Assembly: GCA_965223265.1 (NCBI GenBank)
Contig: OZ244999.1
Coordinates: 7,104,001 to 7,168,000 of the forward strand
DNA: 64,000 nucleotides
From: Planctomycetota bacterium
Lineage (GTDB): Bacteria; Planctomycetota; UBA8108; SXIK01
Reading direction: 5' to 3'
Shown here: one piece after another, positions 59,407 to 64,000 of the stretch
Numbering within the stretch: position 1 is the stretch's first letter
Layout: each line of letters opens with the position of its first letter
Program-made: the position numbers and the translations under genes
Notes under the pieces: model-generated
Databases searched by the model: none
What the model was told of the DNA's origin: nothing
Seen by the model: only the letters and a program-made list of their open reading frames with translations

Positions 59407-60969
59407 ATGAAAGCGAAAGATCTCGATTGGGCTATCTTCTGGGCGGCTCTTCTCCAGCCCGTCGTCATCGGCGAGGTGCCGGAGGAGGAAGCCGCGCGAT
59501 TTCTCCGCGAGCTCGCCAAAGAAGAGCGCATCTTTCCCGACGGATCGCGACGCAAGCCGGCTCTTTCGACCCTGAGGCGGAAGCTTCGCATCTATCGCGA
59601 GGAGGGCTTCGAGGGTCTTGCCCGCAGGCCGCGAAGCGATCGCGGGAAACCGCGTGCCCACGGCAAAGAGCTCGTCGAGAAAGCCGTCGAGCTGAAGCGT
59701 GATCAGCCACTGCGCTCCCACTTCGCCATCAACAAGTTCCTCCAGGCTCAGCACGGAAAGACCATTCCGCGTTCGACCCTCTTCCGCTACCTCAAGATCG
59801 CCGGCGCGACGCGGCTGAAGCTCGGTGTCGAGAGGAGGAAAGTCCGGAAACGCTGGACTCGTGACTCCACCCATGCCCTCTGGGTCGGCGACTTCGCCGA
59901 TGGACCCTACGTGCTGCACGACGGCGAAGTCGTCCCCACCTTCCTCTGTGTTCTCATCGACTGCTACAGCCGCTCGCTCGTCGAGGGGCGCTACTACCTT
60001 CGGCAAAATCTCGAGGTCTTGATCGACTGCTTGCTGCGGGCGTGGGCCAAGCACGGTGCTTCGGACGAGCTCTATGTCGATCAGGCGAAGGTCTATATCT
60101 CCAAAGCGCTCAAGGCGGCATGCCTTGCCGTTGTCACCCGGCTCATCCATCGCGGCAAGGGCGATCCGCCACCGGGTGGTCTCGTCGAACGACTCATCGA
60201 GACGATACAGGGCCAGTTCGAGGCCGAGGTCAGAGCCGGCGAGATCCTCACTCTCGACTCGCTCAACGGAAGCTTCGATTCCTGGAAGACCGTGGCCTAC
60301 CACCGCCAGGTCAACACCGAGACCGGCGAAACACCCGAGGCACGAGCCGAGGCCGGCCTCAAACGGCCTATCCGACACGTCGACATTCAGCGCGTCACCG
60401 AGTTCTTCATGTGCCGCGAGACGCGGCGCGTTCACCCGGACTTCTCCGACGTCCAGCTCGATCGCCGCTTCTATCGCGTCGACAAGAGTCTGCGCGGTGA
60501 CAAGGTCGAAGTCCGCTACGATCCCTTCTCCGCGCCCGACACGGTTCTCATCTACTCCAGCAACGAAGAGTACCTCGGAAAGGGCGTCCTTCACGAGCGC
60601 GAAGAGGGCGAGGACGCCGGTGCTCCCGCCCCTCCCGCCAAAGCGAAGCACAACTATCTGGAGCTTCTTCGCCGTGAGCACGACGAGGAGCTCAAGAAGC
60701 GCGCCCAGGGGATCGACTACCGTCGTGTCATCGCCTCTCGCCAGTGGCCCTTCACCGACTTCGCATGCCTTCTCGGCCGGCTCATGGGGCGCAAGGGCGC
60801 CCTCTCGAGCTTCACCGCCGAGGAGCTCGAGGAACTCAAGAAGTTCTACAACCGTACTCCCAGCCTCACCGAAGTCCTCTTGCTGAGGGCCTTCGAGAAG
60901 GCTCCGGAGAAATCCATTCCCTACATCGCCTACGAGCTTCAACGACTCGCAGGCAGAAAGGAGGACTGA
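59407..60969 (+). CDS. Mu/TnsB-like DDE transposase
   Basis: HTH (STLRRK...GL.RRPRSDRG), W.GD, YVDQ, G.VER catalytic triad, YH...H/N.ETGETP, and Mu-C-like R.V...V......Y...V.VRYDP. Start ATG 59407. Confidence 0.93.
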   Translation: MKAKDLDWAIFWAALLQPVVIGEVPEEEAARFLRELAKEERIFPDGSRRKPALSTLRRKLRIYREEGFEGLARRPRSDRGKPRAHGKELVEKAVELKRDQPLRSHFAINKFLQAQHGKTIPRSTLFRYLKIAGATRLKLGVERRKVRKRWTRDSTHALWVGDFADGPYVLHDGEVVPTFLCVLIDCYSRSLVEGRYYLRQNLEVLIDCLLRAWAKHGASDELYVDQAKVYISKALKAACLAVVTRLIHRGKGDPPPGGLVERLIETIQGQFEAEVRAGEILTLDSLNGSFDSWKTVAYHRQVNTETGETPEARAEAGLKRPIRHVDIQRVTEFFMCRETRRVHPDFSDVQLDRRFYRVDKSLRGDKVEVRYDPFSAPDTVLIYSSNEEYLGKGVLHEREEGEDAGAPAPPAKAKHNYLELLRREHDEELKKRAQGIDYRRVIASRQWPFTDFACLLGRLMGRKGALSSFTAEELEELKKFYNRTPSLTEVLLLRAFEKAPEKSIPYIAYELQRLAGRKED

Positions 60970-61760
60970 TGTTCACCACCCATTTCAAGATGACGACGCA
61001 GCCCTTTCTCGAGCGCGCGCCCGTCGAGCAGATTCTTTCCGACGAGCGCATCACCCAGGGACTCGCTCGACTGGAGTACCTCGCCAAGTCGGGCTCGATC
61101 GGCCTGGTGACCGGACTCACCGGGGTGGGGAAGTCGTCTCTGGTGAAGCTCTTCGTGCGCTCGCTGAGCCGCAACCTCTACGACCCGATCTATCTCTCGC
61201 TGACCTACGTCGGGGCAAACGGCATTCTGAAGCTCCTGGTTTCCAGCCTCGGCGAGCAGCCCCGCCGTGGCAAGGAGCGGCTCTTCCTCCAGATCCTGGA
61301 TCGCGTCGGGGCGAACGAGCACACGACAATCCTCGTCATCGATGAAGCGCACCTGCTTCCTTCGGAGTCGCTCACCGATCTGAGACTTCTGGTCAGCTCC
61401 GGACTCGAGGACGGCCCGCCATTGAAGATCCTCCTCAGCGGACAAGAGACCCTGAGAAAGGAGCTTACCCGAGCGCGCCACGCCGATCTCACGCATCGGC
61501 TCAGCGTGCGCTACCACGTGCCGCCGCTCAGCAAGGAGCAGACGGTCGAGTACATCGACTTTCAGATGCGCGCAGCCGGCGCCTCGCAGAAAGTCTTCGA
61601 GCCTGAAGCGAAGTCGCTCATCCACGACTACTCAAGCGGCGTGCCGCGGCGCATCAACAACATCGCCACCGCCTGCCTCATTCAGGCCGCGAGCAAGAAC
61701 GTCCAGAAGATCTCCGAGGCGCTCGTCAACGACACCGCCCCCGAGTTCCATCTGCCCTGA
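60969..61760 (+). CDS. ExeA/TnsC/IstB-like AAA+ transposition ATPase
   Basis: Walker A GLTGVGKS, Walker B ILVIDEAH, LLSGQ, S.GVPRRIN. TGATG coupling to the transposase. Confidence 0.93.
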   Translation: MFTTHFKMTTQPFLERAPVEQILSDERITQGLARLEYLAKSGSIGLVTGLTGVGKSSLVKLFVRSLSRNLYDPIYLSLTYVGANGILKLLVSSLGEQPRRGKERLFLQILDRVGANEHTTILVIDEAHLLPSESLTDLRLLVSSGLEDGPPLKILLSGQETLRKELTRARHADLTHRLSVRYHVPPLSKEQTVEYIDFQMRAAGASQKVFEPEAKSLIHDYSSGVPRRINNIATACLIQAASKNVQKISEALVNDTAPEFHLP

Positions 61761-61779
61761 GAACGGAGACTGACGCGCC

Positions 61780-62073
61780 ATGTTCCACAAGACCCTGATG
61801 CCTCGAGTCAACGACTTCGCCGAGTATCCTGAGCTCGCCGTTTTGATGACCCTCGCGACGAACCTCGAGATCGCCCTGTTCGCTCTGAACGCCGCGTACC
61901 CCGATCTCGACTTCGACTACACGCAACGCTCCTCCTACACCGAGCAAGACGCCTATCTCGCCGCCTTGGGCGCTCAGCTGCGAGCGCTCCAGATCGTCCT
62001 CGAAGAGTATCTCGAGAGCCTGCAACGAATCCGATATTTGAAGGCGCCGAGCGGTGGAGGTGGCGTCGCATGA
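61780..62073 (+). CDS. Transposon ORF4: small helical hypothetical protein
   Basis: GGAG RBS, same-strand operon position, ATGA overlap with ORF5. Confidence 0.75.
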   Translation: MFHKTLMPRVNDFAEYPELAVLMTLATNLEIALFALNAAYPDLDFDYTQRSSYTEQDAYLAALGAQLRALQIVLEEYLESLQRIRYLKAPSGGGGVA

Positions 62074-62387
62074 CAGGACGATTCTCCGGCAAGCTCCTGC
62101 GGTCGTTGAGAAACGATATACCGATCGCGTGGCTCCTCGATCTGCTCGGCGTCCCCGCGAAAATCTCCGAGGGCTACGTGCGCTTCCTCTGTCCGCGGTG
62201 TCGCGAATTCAACACCGCGACGAAGGCGTCCACCAACCTCGCGCGTTGCTTTCGCTGCGAGACGAACTTCAACCCGATCGACCTGGTCATGATCGTCAAG
62301 CGGCTGAATTTCGTCGACGCCGTCGAGTTCCTCGCCGAGCTCCGCGATCGTCGCGGTGACGCTCGCGCCACGCCTCGCCCTTCGTGA
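62070..62387 (+). CDS. Transposon ORF5: stand-alone primase-type (CHC2-like) zinc ribbon
   Basis: LCPRC-x15-CFRC..NFNPIDLVM....NFVDAV resembles the DnaG zinc-binding domain. GGAGG RBS. Confidence 0.8.
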   Translation: MTGRFSGKLLRSLRNDIPIAWLLDLLGVPAKISEGYVRFLCPRCREFNTATKASTNLARCFRCETNFNPIDLVMIVKRLNFVDAVEFLAELRDRRGDARATPRPS

Positions 62388-62527
62388 TTCCCCGGGTCGT
62401 CGTGCCGTCCGGGACACGACGACCCGCGCCTTCTCGCCTCGCAAATCGCATCTCGCACCCGCGAATCAGCACCATGCCATTTAATCTGGGATTTCCGCGC
62501 CAGATACTGTGGGACTTAGCATCTATA

Positions 62528-62610
62528 AGATATATACGGCGAGGCTCGCCGCGGTCGATCTGGGCGTGAAGAGGCAAGTTTCTCGGCCGAATGACTCTTT
62601 CAACGGGCTG
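62528..62610. mobile_element. Family-A MITE copy 6, right half
   Basis: ...gaggctcgccgcggtcgatctgggcgtgaagaggcaagtttctcggccgaatgactctttcaacgggctg|TTAG. Rejoining the halves gives 179 bp, versus 178 bp for copy 4. Confidence 0.92.
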
Positions 62611-62628
62611 TTAGCATCGCGCATCCGC

Positions 62629-63468
62629 TCAGAGATCGTCCAGGAGCTCCAACCCCGGCCCTTCGTCCAGGGACTCATCGCTTTCGACTTCGCCTTCGTT
62701 TTCGCGAGAGGAACGCGCGTCGTCCGTGCCGGCTGATTCCCCGGCGGCGCTCTTTAAGCTTTCGGCAACGTTCTCGTAGCGCTGCCGAAAATCGTCGGGC
62801 ACGCGGACGCCACTCTCCTCGAACGTCTGGATCTTTTTTGCGAGCGCCTCGATTCCCCTTTTTGCACGACCTCGGTTGTCGATGCGATCTGTGATCACAT
62901 CGTTCAACCTTGTTTCGAGCTCGGCCAGCTGCGTGGTCGTTAGTCGCACCACTTCGGAAGGCCCCGAATCCTCGCGCGGCGCGATCGTCCCGGTGACCTC
63001 CGCGGTGCGCGGAGACTCGCTCGCCCCCTCACCCGGTGACTCCATAGAGCGCACCACAAACAGGTAAGCAATGATCCCCACCACCACCAAACAGACCGCT
63101 GCAAAGAGCGTCCCTTGAACGACGGTTCGACGATCCAGAGGTGCCGCTCTGCGCCGCCGGCGACGCATAGGAGGACGGCCACGTCGATGCCGGGCGTGCG
63201 GTGCCGACCGCGCAGCGGACACATTACGAGTCCGAGTTGCGGCCGGTGACGCGCCGCCTGTACGTTTCGCGACTGCAGCGTTGAGCTTCTGGGCCTCCGC
63301 GGCATTGAGCACGCCGTTCTTCACCAACACCTCGACAGCGCGCGGGCGTCGGCCCGTCGTCCGCTCCCGTTCGCTGCACAGCGCGAGGACCTTCTGAGCC
63401 GTCTCCGCCGGGACCATTCCGGAGGTGACGGCGATTCTACACAGCAAGATATCGCGGTCGCGAGACAT
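62629..63468 (-). CDS. Hypothetical single-pass membrane protein
   Basis: N-terminal DILL.RIAV..G.V / EVLVKNG.L helical (MshEN-like, degenerate) module, Arg-rich linker, one TM segment, helical and acidic C-terminus. Confidence 0.7.
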   Translation of the reverse strand: MSRDRDILLCRIAVTSGMVPAETAQKVLALCSERERTTGRRPRAVEVLVKNGVLNAAEAQKLNAAVAKRTGGASPAATRTRNVSAARSAPHARHRRGRPPMRRRRRRAAPLDRRTVVQGTLFAAVCLVVVGIIAYLFVVRSMESPGEGASESPRTAEVTGTIAPREDSGPSEVVRLTTTQLAELETRLNDVITDRIDNRGRAKRGIEALAKKIQTFEESGVRVPDDFRQRYENVAESLKSAAGESAGTDDARSSRENEGEVESDESLDEGPGLELLDDL

Positions 63469-63561
63469 AGTTGGCGCCTAGTGAAAGACTGGTATGGAAG
63501 GCATGAGCGTCAGCAACGCTGAGGTGGTTGGAAAGGTGAATGTGAAGCCGTGCGCACTCAA

Positions 63562-63620
63562 CAGCTTGCCTGAAAAAATGCTTCGAGCCGACTCGGCCGG
63601 TTGACTTTTTCAACAGGCTG
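63562..63620. mobile_element. Family-A mini-MITE copy 7 (59 bp, internally deleted)
   Basis: CAGCTTGCCTGAAAAAATGCTTCGAG...GACTTTTTCAACAGGCTG with TCAA on both sides. Confidence 0.85.
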
Positions 63621-63624
63621 TCAA

Positions 63625-63878
63625 CTCGAGTTTGGCCATTTCGCGTCGAGCCTGCCAGCGCCAGGAGCGTCGAGGCCAAGGAGCGACGACAATGCGATCC
63701 CGCTCGGGTCGTGGCGGAGGACGGGCGCAGGCATCGGCGCTCCTGGCGTTCCCCGAAGGGCCGGACAGGAGTTTTTGAATGGGCACAAGGGTTCTCAGGG
63801 TACGAAAAAGTCGAAAGGGCCTCGGAAACCCCCGCGAAACTCGTCCGGCCAGGCCGGCGCGAAATGGCCAAACTCGAG
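63625..63878. mobile_element. Family-B MITE (254 bp)
   Basis: Perfect 21-bp TIR CTCGAGTTTGGCCATTTCGCG (imperfect to ~29 bp). 5-bp TSD GTCAA (63620-24, 63879-83). No convincing ORF. Confidence 0.9.
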
Positions 63879-64000
63879 GTCAAGGCCTGAGAAGGAAGGT
63901 CGGCACTCCTTGCGATCTTAGGTCCGACGCGAAATACTGTCAAGAATCGTTAAGTTCGACCCAAACACCTGCCTCCCGGCAAGTGTGCCGACCTTGCGGA

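Larger units (their letters stand above)
58457..62521 (+). mobile_element. 4065-bp five-gene DDE+ATPase transposon (Mu/Tn552/IS21-related)
   Basis: TG...CA ends. 23-bp IR TGCTGAGTCCCACAAACTCTGGC / TGCTAAGTCCCACAGTATCTGGC (19/23). 6-bp TSD TCTATA (58451-56, 62522-27). Splits a MITE into two halves. Confidence 0.95.

Noticed and set aside
59374-60942. 522-aa minus-strand ORF
   Set aside because: Antisense shadow of the transposase; no motifs.

Overview
GC-rich bacterial chromosome segment, most likely an uncultured Planctomycetota lineage. This is inferred from the tpiA-secG-yicC-gmk-rpoZ-split coaC/coaB gene order, the PQQ-propeller, HEAT/vWA and carboxypeptidase-regulatory-domain proteins, and a C-terminal dockerin-like domain. 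Most of the window is housekeeping (uvrC, mutS, mutY, tsaB, tpiA, secG, gmk, rpoZ, coaC/B, ftsK, rimO, pgsA, rpoN, rluB-like), plus a gspE/F/G-type pilus/T2SS cluster, E1 alpha/beta genes, a diguanylate cyclase and several envelope proteins. The most notable items are: (1) a complete 4065-bp five-gene TG...CA transposon (58457-62521) with 6-bp TSD, repeated subterminal sites, a Mu/TnsB-like DDE transposase, an ExeA/TnsC-like ATPase, two different Zn-finger accessory proteins (one a stand-alone primase-type Zn ribbon) and a candidate RBS-switching leader, inserted in the spacer of a fold-back MITE; (2) at least 7 copies plus 1 fragment of that fold-back MITE, and a second 254-bp MITE inserted at the edge of one copy; (3) an FHA-Ser/Thr kinase whose catalytic domain is split by a ~500-aa degenerate P-loop/helical insert between the catalytic loop and DFG; (4) several candidate structured leader RNAs. 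No rRNA, tRNA or CRISPR array was seen. All calls come from reading the sequence by eye; no searches were run.
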